64,000 bases of DNA from Obrimoposthia wandeli (GCA_977020255.1 CDROCS010003719.1:372001-436000); one strand, 5' to 3'. Numbered from the stretch's first letter, positions 1 through 11,282 are shown. Made by a program: numbers and translations. Notes: generated from the letters alone by a model not told the origin.

Positions 1-962
1 AAAAGAGTCAAACAATCAAAAACAAACACACAAAAATGGTTAAGAAATGAATTATCATATAGTCTGAATAAACCTTTAAGACGTAAATTCCCTACTAGAT
101 CATATAAAACTAATGGTATTAATTCGTTATGGCAGATGGATTTAATGGAAATGATTCCTTATTCTTCAGTAAATAATGGATTCAAGTATATTTTAACTTG
201 TATTGATGTATTTAGTCGTTTTGCAAAAGCAGTTGGTGTTAAATCAAAATCAGGTATTGATTTATTACATGCAATAGAATCTTTAATTGTTGATGATGTA
301 CCAGTAAATATCCAAACCGATGAAGGTAAAGAATTTTTAATTCACATGTTAAGAAATTATTTAAAACTGAAAATATCAATCATTATTCAGTATATTCTCA
401 ATATAAAGCTGCAGTAGTTGAAAGATTTAATAGAACGTTAAGAGAACGGTTAAAGAAATATTTTACTAAACAAGGTAATAAGAAATGGGTGAATGTATTA
501 CCAAAAATTATTTATGCTTATAATAATTCTAAACATAGAGGTTTAGATGGTTTAAAACCTGTAGATGTAAATAATAAAAATGAATTTGATATTTTGTTGA
601 AACAAAATTTAAAAGAAAAGAAAGTTAAATCTAAATATAAAATTGATGATTATGTTCGAATATCAAAAATAAGTACAAGTCCATTTATTAAAAATTTTAA
701 TCAAAATTGGAGTGATGAGGTTTTTCAAATTCATGATATTAATTATAAACAAAATCCAATAATGTATATTTTAAAAGATATTGATAACGTCATCATCAAA
801 GGAAAATTTTATAAACAAGAGTTACAATTAATTGATAAACCTAAACTATATCGAATACAAGAAATTTTAGAAACTTAGAGTCGTGGTAAGAATAAACAAT
901 ATTACGTAAAGTGGCACGGATACTCTGAACCTTCTTGGATATTTGCTTCTCAAATTGAATAA
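1..962 (+). pseudogene. Retroviral-type (rve) integrase with C-terminal chromodomain, disrupted
   Basis: WQMDL, QTDEGKEF and VERFNRTL core motifs. One T is missing near 340 relative to copy A2, and there is a TAG at 876-878. The same frame continues SRGKNKQYYVKWHGYSEPSW (chromodomain-like) to TAA 960-962. The start lies upstream of the window. Confidence 0.9.
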
Positions 963-1974
963 TGTCAAAATATATTATTTTACCTAGTAATAGTTGTCCA
1001 AGTACTCAACCTAACAATACAGCCAATCAATTTACTGTAGATTGGGAAAACTCTCTAAATTTAGATGGTGAATGGGAGGTTGCCTTGACTGAATTTGTAT
1101 TTAATTTTACTCCTTTAACAATACAAACTAATTCAAAAATACTTTATAAAACGGAAAAGATAGAAATGAAAACTTTCGATGTATCTTTTGCAATTTTAAA
1201 TGGATTAATTTTTAATAATTTAAATACTGTTTTCAATTTCAAAATTACAAAGGGTCAAAAATTAGAAATAAGTACAATTAACAGTATTCATCGAATGTTG
1301 TTAAAATTCGAAACTTTAGAAGAATCAAAAATTATAGGTTTTAATGAAATACAAAAATTTCTAGTCATGTTATAACAAGTGATGAAATTGTTGACATAAA
1401 TAAAAATATTCATGCTAAAATGAGAATTACAATTTATTATTTAGCTGAATATGAATACGAAATAAAATTTAATCAAAATTATTTGATACAAGATAGTTCT
1501 TCATTATGTAATATTATAGCCAGTAAATGTAATGAAATTTTTAAAAGCTGTAATATAGATTCAGACGGATTATTTGATATTTTATTAAAGAAAAATGTAA
1601 AATCAGTTTTATTTGACGAAAAACTTGCATCTTTATTAGGTTTTAATAATGTTTTCTTTGAGAAACGAATTAAAGGTTTTCAAAAACCAACACTTTCTAG
1701 CTCATATAATCAAATGTATATTTATACTAGTTTAACAGATTCTGTCTTAGTAGGATCTGATTATGTTCCACTGTTAAAGTCTATTTGGTTAAAATCATTA
1801 AAATATCGATATGGAGATGTAGTAAATGTTAAAATTGATAATCCAATGTACTTGAAAATGAGAGATTCAAGTATTAATAGAATCGAGGTAAATATACGTG
1901 ATGATTCTGGTAATTTAATTCCATTTTCATATGGAGCAAAAACTAGTTTAACTCTTCATTTACGTAAAGTATAA
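962..1974 (+). pseudogene. Minor capsid protein (penton), split by a 1-nt deletion in an A-run near 1355
   Basis: N-terminal LPSN...N...FTV...L.L.GEWEVAL and C-terminal YIYTSL...VGSDYVPLL...NPMY...IEVNIRDDSG...LHLR are typical Polinton penton motifs. Copy A2 is in frame across the break. Confidence 0.85.
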
Positions 1975-2015
1975 ACAATATAAATATATTTAAAATATAA
2001 ATATATATATATAAA

Positions 2016-2420
2016 ATGAATACATCAATTATAAAATTTTATAGCAAAAGTCAACAGGGCGGTGAACTTCCCTATTTCATTGGTAAACAATATGGATCTG
2101 GTTGGTATCAAACTATTTCTAGATTAGCTATTCCATTATTAAAAAAAGTTGGTTTATCAGCAGCTACAAGTGCTGCCAATGTAATTGGTGAAACGGTAGG
2201 AACTGCGTTAACAAATCCAAAAATCATAATTTCATCTCTCAAAGAAAATACAATCAAAGAAGTCAAAACTTTGATTCCAAAATTAAAAAATAATGCTGTT
2301 GATAGTTTAAATAAAGTCGCAAATTATGTTGAACAAAATGGAAAGGTTCTTAAACGTAAAAGAAATAATTTAAATAGTATAAACAAACGTCTTAAAGGTA
2401 CTATTTTCCAAAATGACTAG
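2016..2420 (+). CDS. Small basic Polinton core-like protein (PW/PZ type)
   Basis: QQGGELPYFIGKQYGSG (QxGG and QxGxG candidate protease sites), basic KRKR tail, located between penton and hexon. Confidence 0.7.
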   Translation: MNTSIIKFYSKSQQGGELPYFIGKQYGSGWYQTISRLAIPLLKKVGLSAATSAANVIGETVGTALTNPKIIISSLKENTIKEVKTLIPKLKNNAVDSLNKVANYVEQNGKVLKRKRNNLNSINKRLKGTIFQND

Positions 2421-3633
2421 TATAAAATCTGAATTGTGTATTTTCGATAGACCACTACCTCAAGTAGTGATTGAAAATTCAAGTTTTGAAGAAATATTTC
2501 CAATCAATTCAATTACTGGAAAAAATTTAAATGACATAGAATTTAATATTCATGCATCTGAAGAAGATTATCTGGATTTGAATGATACTTTGTTAAATAT
2601 TAAATTAAAAGTTGTAAATGAAGATGGTACTGATTTAATGAAAGATAGCGATGTAACTCCAGAGAATTACATGTTTCAAACTTTGTTTAGAGATGTTATT
2701 CTAACACTTAATAATGTAAAGGTTGAAGGAGGAAATGGAACGTATACTCATAAGGCTATATTCGATACTCTTTTGAATTTTAGTAGTGATACCAAGTATA
2801 CTAACCTTGAATGTAGTGGGTATGATGATGATGCAGAAAATCGTAAACAATGGATTAGTGAATCTAAAATATTTTCATTGTGTAATTCAATTAGATTAGA
2901 TTTCTTTGATCAATCAAAATATTTGATTCCAGGGATTAATGTTCATTTGAGATTTATGAGAAATCAGCATAATTTTTCGCTCTATTCAGAAACTTCAAAA
3001 CCAATTATTCAAATTCTAGATGCTAGATTGTATGTTAGAAGAGTAAAAGTTGATTCTTCAGTAATGATTGGACATCAGTTAGGTTTGCAAAGTCAGAATG
3101 CAGTTTACCCAATTAGAAAAACTCAGTTAGTAACATATTCAATTCCTCAGGGTTCTTTGGAACTTAATAAAGATCAAATATTCGGAGACTATCGTTTACC
3201 CAAGTTCATTTTGATTGCTTTCAAAGATACACCTCAGGGTGGTAAGGAATACAAAGTTAAATCTTCTACGTTCAATACATTTAATGTTTCAACAATATCA
3301 TTAGCTAGAAATACAGATTATCGAGAAACTTATAATCTAGATAATAACAATTTTTCATTAGCATATATGCAGTCAATTATTCGAAATATGAATATTTTAG
3401 ATAAAAACGTGAATAATGGTATCAGATTTTCTGATTTTAAATCAGGAAGTTCGATTTTCACTTTTCTATTAGCACCAGATTTTGATATAAACACTACTCA
3501 AGTGCCTAAAACTGGTAATTTAAGACTTGAAATTAGATTTAATTCTCCTTTGACCGTTCCAACAAGTGTTTTGATTTACGGAATATTTGATTCCGAAATT
3601 CAGATTACGAAAAATAAAACTGTGATTGTATGA
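2413..3633 (+). CDS. Major capsid protein (double jelly-roll, hexon-like), intact 406 aa
   Basis: SELCIFD...IEF.I...YLDLNDT.L...LF.DV.L.LN... and the C-terminal FLLAPD...GNLRLEIRF...L match Polinton MCP motifs. Confidence 0.9.
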   Translation: MTSIKSELCIFDRPLPQVVIENSSFEEIFPINSITGKNLNDIEFNIHASEEDYLDLNDTLLNIKLKVVNEDGTDLMKDSDVTPENYMFQTLFRDVILTLNNVKVEGGNGTYTHKAIFDTLLNFSSDTKYTNLECSGYDDDAENRKQWISESKIFSLCNSIRLDFFDQSKYLIPGINVHLRFMRNQHNFSLYSETSKPIIQILDARLYVRRVKVDSSVMIGHQLGLQSQNAVYPIRKTQLVTYSIPQGSLELNKDQIFGDYRLPKFILIAFKDTPQGGKEYKVKSSTFNTFNVSTISLARNTDYRETYNLDNNNFSLAYMQSIIRNMNILDKNVNNGIRFSDFKSGSSIFTFLLAPDFDINTTQVPKTGNLRLEIRFNSPLTVPTSVLIYGIFDSEIQITKNKTVIV

Positions 3634-3997
3634 AGTAAGCTTATTGTATATTATATTCTTTATTTAAATTAGTACTTTAGAAATTCATAAATCCGGAAAA
3701 ATATTATTGAATAACAAATTTAATGGAGTATATTCATTGGATAAAATTCCATCATTAAAACCCGGAGGTTACATTATCAATACTCATACTTCAAATCTAC
3801 CAGGTGAACATTGGATAGCAATATTCGTTGACAGATTCGAGATTCGAGTGTTTGACCCTTTTGGATTCTATTATCCTGCAAAGTTGGTGTCTACACTTGA
3901 AAAAGAAAACTACTATAATCGAGTTAAATGTCAGAATCCATTAACTAAAAACTGTGGACCTCTGAGTCTTTTATGGTTGAAACTTCAACACAAATAA
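3630..3997 (+). CDS. Adenain-like maturation cysteine protease, spliced (exons 3630-3634 and 3673-3997)
   Basis: GEHW (His), FDP (Asp) and CQN...NCG (Gln, Cys). Removing intron GTAAGC...TTAG (3635-3672) gives MNTLEIHK... in frame. A 9-nt in-frame deletion (IPV) is present relative to copy A2. Confidence 0.85.
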
Positions 3998-4051
3998 TTT
4001 TAAGTATAAACAAATATATCATTTTAGTATTTCATTTTATTTTATTTTCAA

Positions 4052-4504
4052 ATGGCTTTTATTGATTTAGAATGTTTTATTGATAATAATGGAGAATATA
4101 TTCCAAAGGAATTATGTATAATGTATGTGAATGATATGACTTGTCCATTTCATTACGTGTTTAAAAATCAAATACCATGGAGTAGTTTATCATTTACAGT
4201 TAAAAGAAAAAATATATATTTGATAAATCATCATCATCAGTTATCCTGGTTTGAAGGTGAAAGCTCTGATATTCATATTGATGATGTTGAAACAATATTC
4301 TATGTTATGGATTCTATTGATGGAAAGAAAATTAATTTAGTGAAACGAATGTTTCCAAATTTGAGAATTGTGAATTATAATAAAAGTTTCAAAAATTTAA
4401 AGAAAATGCCAAAAATTATTCGATGTCCGTTTAGAAAACACGGAAAACATTGTGCTTATTTGAAATGTTTTTCTCTATGTATTGATTATGTAAATTGTAT
4501 ATAA
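4052..4504 (+). CDS. DEDD/RNase H-fold nuclease-like protein with Cys/His cluster (Maelstrom-like)
   Basis: IDLE...PKEL...HHQLSW...C..R.H..HCA pattern. The 150-aa ORF is open here and has a nonsense codon in copy A2. Confidence 0.55.
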   Translation: MAFIDLECFIDNNGEYIPKELCIMYVNDMTCPFHYVFKNQIPWSSLSFTVKRKNIYLINHHHQLSWFEGESSDIHIDDVETIFYVMDSIDGKKINLVKRMFPNLRIVNYNKSFKNLKKMPKIIRCPFRKHGKHCAYLKCFSLCIDYVNCI

Positions 4505-4557
4505 ATATATTTATTAAGGATATTTTATTTTAATATATAATTTATGTTATTTAAATA

Positions 4558-5361
4558 AATTTTACCATAATTCTTTAGATGTGTAAGCCTGGGAAAAAAC
4601 TTTGATCTAAATTTTCACATAGAATAGTATGTGTGTGATTACGTAATACATTCTTAACTTATAAGAGTGAACTTTAGTTTAAATTTCACATAAAATAGTG
4701 TATGTGTGTGTTAAAAACCACATTTCTTAATTGTTAAGAGTGAACTTTATCATAAATTTTCACATAGAATAGTATGTGTGTGATTACGTAATACATTCTT
4801 AACTAATAAGAGTGAACTTAGTATAAATTTCACATAAAATAGTGTGTGTGTATGATTACGTCATACATTCTTAATTGGTAAGTGTGAACTTTATCCTAAA
4901 TTTTCATTATGGACTAGATCACAAAAAAGAAGGGTGGAGACTAAGCCACTTGATCCTTTGAATTAGTAGTTAGCCAAAAATAAGGGTGGAGACTAGATCA
5001 CTAAAAGAAGGGTGGAGACTAGATCACTAAAAGAAGGGTGGAGACTAGATCACTAAAAGAAGGGTGGAGACTAAGCCAATTGACCCTTTCATAGTGGTAT
5101 ATCTCAAAAAGAAGGGTGGAGACTAAGCCACTTGACCCTTTCATAGTGGTATATCTCAAAAAGAAGGGTGGAGACTAAGCCACTTGATCCTTTAAACTAT
5201 GGACGACCATAGTAGTATATCAAGGAAAGATGGAGTCTAAGCCACTTGAGCCCCCCTCCCCCTCCCCCTAAAGGGTGTCACACCATAAGGGTGTCACACC
5301 ATAAGGGTGTGACACCCTTTAGGGGGGGTCAAGTGGCTTAGACTCCATCCTTCTACCTACT
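4558..5361. repeat. Right TIR of A1: AT-rich repeats, 7 GGGTGGAGACT iterons, shortened terminal hairpin
   Basis: Matches both TIRs of A2. Inverted repeat spans 5224-5353. Confidence 0.9.
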
Positions 5362-6170
5362 GGATCAATATGCGTCAAATTGCATTGTTTACATGTGTCA
5401 ATATTTATCCGTGACAGAGCATCAGCATTTCCATGTAAGTCTCCTTTTCTATATTCTAACTTAATATCAAGACTACTCAAAAAGTTCATCCAATTTTGAA
5501 ATTATAATGTAATCGGCTTTTTTGTTGTCATCATGAATGTAATTGCCTTATGATCCGTTCTTATAAGAAACATTTTCCCATACAAATCATGTTTAAAGTG
5601 CTGAGTAAAATGAAATACTGATAAAGGTTCTTTATGGGTTATACAATAATTCAAATTATCAAAAGCATCTTCACATTGTTTGTTCCATATCAATGTTTTC
5701 TCTGTTGTGGTAGTCAAACTTTCTAATGGCTTGGAGAATCGCGAATAATTTTTGATGAATTTTCTATAATAATTCGCAAGACCCAAAAAGCTTCGTAAGT
5801 GTTTAACACATGTTGGTTTCTTGAATTCAACAAAGACTTTATTTTTTCGCGATCAGTTTTTATTCCTTCTTCATTTATAATATGTCCAAGAAACTTCAAT
5901 TCATCAACACAAAATTTACATTTTTCTGGAATAATCCGTCCAAATAATTTTAACAATTTTATTTAATGTTCTTCTATAGAATTAGAAAATATTAAAATAT
6001 CATCTAAATATACTAAAGCTTCTGTCCAAATCATATATTTTAAGATAATTGTTATTAATTTTTGAAATGTTGAAGTAGCTGCAGCAATTCCGAAAGGTAT
6101 TCTATTGAAGCAATATTGTCCAAACTTCGTAGAGAAAGCAGTCTTGTGTTTACTTTCTTCATCTAATTCA
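5362..6170 (-). pseudogene. Ty3/Gypsy pol remnant (RT and RNase H)
   Basis: Minus-strand KTAFSTKFGQYCFNRIPFG, VYLDDILIFS, FLGHII..EGI, LIRTDHKA, EYRKGDLHGNADALSR, with stops and frameshifts. Confidence 0.85.
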
Positions 6171-7636
6171 AAACGCTTCGCAGGCCACTATAGCCAAGCA
6201 AAGCCTTTACGCGGGCCGCATGTACATTCTGAACATAGAAATCTAAACAACACTGATTAAAATTGTATTATTTATTTTTAGCATTCAGATATAGATCCAC
6301 TTATAAAGTACATCAATGAGATATTTGTTTTACTTTACGTTCAGTTTTTTCAAATGAACTTCAATATTGGTAGTTGCACACCTTAATTGATTTTCTAAAT
6401 TTTCATCTGTTAAAGAAGATCGATATTGACTTTTACAAAATTTTAATTTTGAAAAAAAAGATTCACAAACATACGTAGACCCAAAGGCGCTTAAAACTCT
6501 TTGAGCATAAATTCTTAAGTTGCGATATTTTTCCGCCGTCACATATCTATTATAAAAGTCTATCTTGGATGTCGTTGGATAAATATGGCTTAATTCACTG
6601 TTGCATTGTAAGTCAATTATTTCCATCTGCAGATTTTCTGAAACAGTGGAAACATCAACATGAAATGGGAAAGAAAATGTCTCAAACACTTTATCATATT
6701 TTTTTAGATCAGAAAAACGGCTGTCAAATGCTGCAGCAAGATTTATTATTTCGTCAGCATACTTCAAGAAATTTTTAGAACTGGTTTTAAATTGGCTTAA
6801 CGTTGGAAAATGTTGATCATTGCTATTTCTTAATTGGCGTTCAAACAATAACAATTTCATTTGAAATGATTTGATTTGATGACATGCATCAGTAATTAAG
6901 TTATTCTGTCCTTGTAACTGTTTGTTCAATTGGTTAACTAATTCGGTTAGATCTACCAAAAAGCATAGGTCCAGCAACCATTCTTCATCATTTAGTACAG
7001 TTAATGGCATTTCCAACCATCTAACATTGGTGAAATACACAAGGTCACCATAGTGAAAACATAATTCGTTCAAATATTCTTTAAACTGGCGATGTTTGAG
7101 TGCATGCGATCGAATGAGGTTTACCGTTTTTACTACCACACTCATAACATGGTTCATTGACAACGCTTTAGCACACAAGTTCTGTTGATGTATCAAGCAG
7201 TGTATTAAAAATAAATCGTTTCTCGACTCCATCTCATCCATTATCAGCCTTACAGCCCCTTTATTTCTTCCAATCATAGCCGGCGCTTTATCTGTTGTCA
7301 ATCCAGAAAGGTTCTCTAAATCCAGTCCATTGTCAGATAAACATTTCTTAACAACTTGAAAAATATCTTCGCCTTTTGTAGTACCTTTCAAACTGATAAG
7401 ATTAAGCATTTCTTGTTTTACTTGAAAAGATTCGGTAATTCCACGAATAAATATTACAAGTTGAGACGTGTCTGATAAATCTATGCTTTCGTCAAATGCC
7501 AAAGAATTATTTTAAAATCTTTTATCTGATCACAGTTCTATAGCTTAAATACTACTTACACAATTTCTCTCGTGGGCCGCACCAAATGCTGCCTCGGGCC
7601 GCATGCGACCCGCGAGCATCGGGTTGGCCACCCCTG
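6166..7636 (-). mobile_element. Internally deleted hAT DNA transposon (Charlie/SPIN/GTF2IRD2-like)
   Basis: Terminus CAGGGGTGGCCAAC at 7636 with subterminal GCGGCCC motifs. The opposite tip is apparently lost and no TSD is recoverable. Confidence 0.8.
6330..7502 (-). pseudogene. hAT transposase, N-terminally truncated, probable in-frame deletion after RW
   Basis: FDES..D, TTD..PAM.G, HCLIH, VRWL, FGSTYVCESFFS and RSSLTDENL motifs. Confidence 0.85.
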
Positions 7637-7754
7637 GACTAAACAAACTGTTGACAATACGATTTTCAACAAGAGTAGAAACAACAGTTTTAATGTGATT
7701 GGTGAGCTAATAACTGAGATGGACTTTAACAGTAAGTAGGTGGATGTGTCCGGT

Positions 7755-10644
7755 AAAGATTTCGACAATTATTCGCCCAAAATGTACGGGACTCATTATA
7801 GTCTTGAAGACTTACACCTTCAAATTCAGTTATGGGTGGGATTTCATTAGTATTTTCTAAATCTGCAAAGGTTTTCGCAAATGTATACGGAAAAATCCCT
7901 TTATCATTAACCGAAGCTGGGAACACTGATTGTGTGATAGGCCATGCATTTAAAGATGCCGTTAAATTTTTTAAAGACCCGCTCAAAAACTGCAGAGAAT
8001 CTATGAATCTTAAACTACAGAATTCAGTATATGCAGTTAAAGATAAATATTTCTCTGAAGTTTGAGGTATACATGAAATTTCCCAAGAGCTTAATGTACC
8101 CAACGCATATTTAAGTATATGATGCAAATCATATACTTTGAGGTTATGAAACACGATGGGAATTCGTGGTTTTTTAGGGAGACGACGGCCAAGGTTACAG
8201 AGGTTGCACGCCGCTCCCAAATATCGCTCCGTAACATGATCGTGATCTCTGACTAACTTAGACTGGGTTCCACACAAATAACATAATCTACAAGAATTAA
8301 AATTAACCCAGTCTATGCCTGTCATGATCAATGCTTGATGATCATTAAGATCATACCACGGTTTGACAATTGTTGTTCCTAATTCTTCTAATTTTAACAT
8401 AAAATCTAAAATACAATTTGGACCGGAAAATTTATGATACTGTGTAATATTGGGCCTAAGAATAGTAGTCCTTCCGAAGCCGGTAGGTGAATACTCTCAT
8501 ACTGGTCGTGCAATGCTAAAATTGACTCAAAATTTGCATACACCCTGAATTCCACGGGTATGCATTTTGCCCAATCCCTGAATTTTAAATCCTTATCCTT
8601 AGGCATGCTATATAGCGTATTGTCATCAGGATTCAGTGAACATAATGTCAGATGTTTGCTGTAAGAGAGCTCGGATCGGAATCCATGCAAACATCTATGA
8701 CACCACTTACACCTTATCCTAACCGGTAAGGCTCCATTATCTAAATTTAGAAGACGATCTAAACTGGGAATTGCAGCATAATGGAATTTATTATTCTGTT
8801 CGAGCAAAATTAAGTTGACCTGAGTCCCCTCATTTTTGCTCCTATAAATTACATCTACAAAAGGATTTTTAAAAATTTCTTCATCTGTTACATTAACTGG
8901 GATATCAGTATTATATTTAAATACATTAATACTCAAGTTATTAAGATGTTCAAATCTTGATATCGCAGTTAATTTAACAGGAAAATCTATTCCATGATAC
9001 GGCAATTCATTTAAAAAAGGGGTATATTTACTGACACGCTCTCTATGTTCAGTAATTACATGCCTTTTGAGGATGGCCGACACGCTATACAGAAAGCAAA
9101 GGTTATCACTGTTTTGTATGTTAACAATGGAACGTGAAATTTGAAGAGATCTAGGTGAAGGAATGTATGAACTCCCCGAAAGATATATCATGTCAGTGAA
9201 CTTTGTTAGAACAAAGATAACATCGTGAATTCTAACTAGAGTCCATTCACTATTTAACTCGCTATAATTAGCAATTTTTTCATCTAGGTTTCTTCCAATT
9301 TCAGTTACAAAATTATCATAGAAAACAGTTGCTTTATGTGAAATTACCCAAGTTTTAGTCTCCTCATTGACATTTTTAAACTGTACTGTTGCGCAAAATT
9401 GAACCTTAGCCTGTCCAAATTTAGTCACTTCTGATTTTAAAAGATTTTCAATATTTGAATTTGCACTGACGTTTTATAAAATTTCATTTCCTAATGGCAC
9501 CTTAACTATAACATATTTATTATTTAGGTGATACTCTATAGTAGCACCGTTTTCTCTACGTTTTTTTGGTGGGACCTTATTAAGAAATTGGCCTCGCCTC
9601 TTTCTTCCTACAGTCGCTGACAAACCTCCCCCTAATTGAACGGGAAGACAACTATTTATATTAACAGTTGACACAAACGCAGCTGAGATTGAAGGTGCTG
9701 CTATTGGTGATGCTGCCGATGTTGAGGTAATCGCAGATGATGTAGTAGATGCTGCTGTGGTAGATGCTGCTGTAGTAAGTGCTTCCGCAGTTGTAGATGC
9801 TGCATTTGGAGTAGTAGCCGACATTGCCGATAAAGAAGCGGCTGTTGTAAAGGATGATGCTGCTGAAATAAATATATTAAAAAATAAATATATTTTTAAA
9901 AATTATTACCTCTAAGGCGTGCTAACATCGATGTAGGCACTCGCGATTGGGGAGGCATAGATGTCGTAGCGGATGACGATTGTATCACGGTATTTCCTGA
10001 ATAAAAAAATTAAAAAATATATAATTACAATTTTAAAAAAATAATAATAAAAAATACCTAATGAAGGCAATCCAAGTTGAGCTGAAATGAAGTCCTCTTC
10101 ATTGATGGAATCCATCCAGCTGTCGTCCGTTATCTCGACGAAATCGGATTCCTCGATGGTCTCCAACCATGAGTTATCGCTCCATTGCTCCATCTCGAAT
10201 TCTGGCTGGGATATGTCATTCATCCACTCATTGTTAGTCATTTGAGTGGATGGGGAAGAATCAGGAGCGATAGAGAAGGACCAATCGCAGGACCGTAAAC
10301 GGGTTGATCGACTGCAACTGGAATTGGTGCATGTGCGGCCTGCGAATCGCGCACCAATTGCACGATATCCCTCTTCTTGTTGTTGGCCGTGAAACAGGAT
10401 AGATGAGCTCGATGTTCACCGAAGAAGTTTCGAATCTTCTTCTCCTCCATTGTTCTGCAGAAGGGGCAGACGAAGAAGTGAAGCCCGCGAGACTTTGTCC
10501 GATAGTAGGCGGACATTATCTCCATGCAGGTCTCTCCTCCATGCGGAGCCGAAGCACCACAATATGCTGGAAACAGGATACAAGTAATCTGAAATAATAA
10601 ATATTAATAATGAAATAATAAGTATAGATTCTTACCTTAGTCAT
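7755..10644 (-). pseudogene. polB: Protein-primed DNA polymerase B gene (5' half), three predicted introns, truncated after the exonuclease region
   Basis: Predicted exons 10644-10636, 10588-10058, 9996-9910 and 9862 onward. In-frame TAA at 9474, frameshifts near 10275 and 8400. DNLCF/HY (vOTU-like), CHRCLHGF zinc finger, DHDH..CNLCN, FHNL..YD, FIDSLQF. Confidence 0.85.
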
Positions 10645-10987
10645 TATTTCAAATAGTCGGGGATTTTAATGAAGAAAGTGTTTGCATATATACTAAAATT
10701 TATGCACACATGCTCTTTCCTATTGGATTAAAAAAATTGAGAAGGATTGTTTATCTGTTAAATAGTCGAAAAAAATATTTTTTATTCCTCCAATCAAAAG
10801 AATTATTTGTAATTGAATGAAAATTATGAATTAGAAGAATTGTTTATCTACATGTCAAGTAATAAGAAGATAGACTTAAACATTTTTTATATGCGCAATG
10901 GTCACCATGATTACGATATGGACAGCAAATATTTCGAGTAATTTTTAATATATGATCACATGAAATATTTAAAGTATTCAACCTCAA

Positions 10988-11257
10988 TTAAGGAAAATAT
11001 TTTTTTAAAGTCTTATACTTTTTGGGATCCATTTCATGTAAAACATAAAAAATTCCATTTTCTATATCAAAATTAGATGTTATTGTATCGCAAATACATA
11101 TTTCACAAAAAGCCATATGTCTTTCTTTCCATTTAAAAAAATGAAAGTAATTAGTTAGATATAAATTAGTAAATTTTTTCTTATAATCTAAACTTTTAAA
11201 CGGGATATCTATTTGAAATATGAAATGCAAAGGATGATAAACGTCGCATACATCCAT
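10988..11257 (-). CDS. Hypothetical 89-aa ORF inside element B
   Basis: ORF track only. Same strand as pPolB; no recognised motif. Confidence 0.3.
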   Translation of the reverse strand: MDVCDVYHPLHFIFQIDIPFKSLDYKKKFTNLYLTNYFHFFKWKERHMAFCEICICDTITSNFDIENGIFYVLHEMDPKKYKTLKKYFP

Positions 11258-11282
11258 AATACATAATTATTTATAATATAAT

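Larger units (their letters stand above)
1..5361 (+). mobile_element. Maverick/Polinton copy A1 (right part; left end outside the window)
   Basis: Integrase, penton, PW-type ORF, hexon, protease and nuclease-like ORF, then a TIR ending ...CCTTCTACCTACT at 5361 (reverse complement of the AGTAG terminus). Near-identical to the reverse complement of 22477-27780. Confidence 0.95.

Noticed and set aside
6166-6200. Left TIR and 8-bp TSD of the hAT element
   Set aside because: No match to CAGGGGTGGCCAA or to the right flank GACTAAAC. The tip appears deleted.
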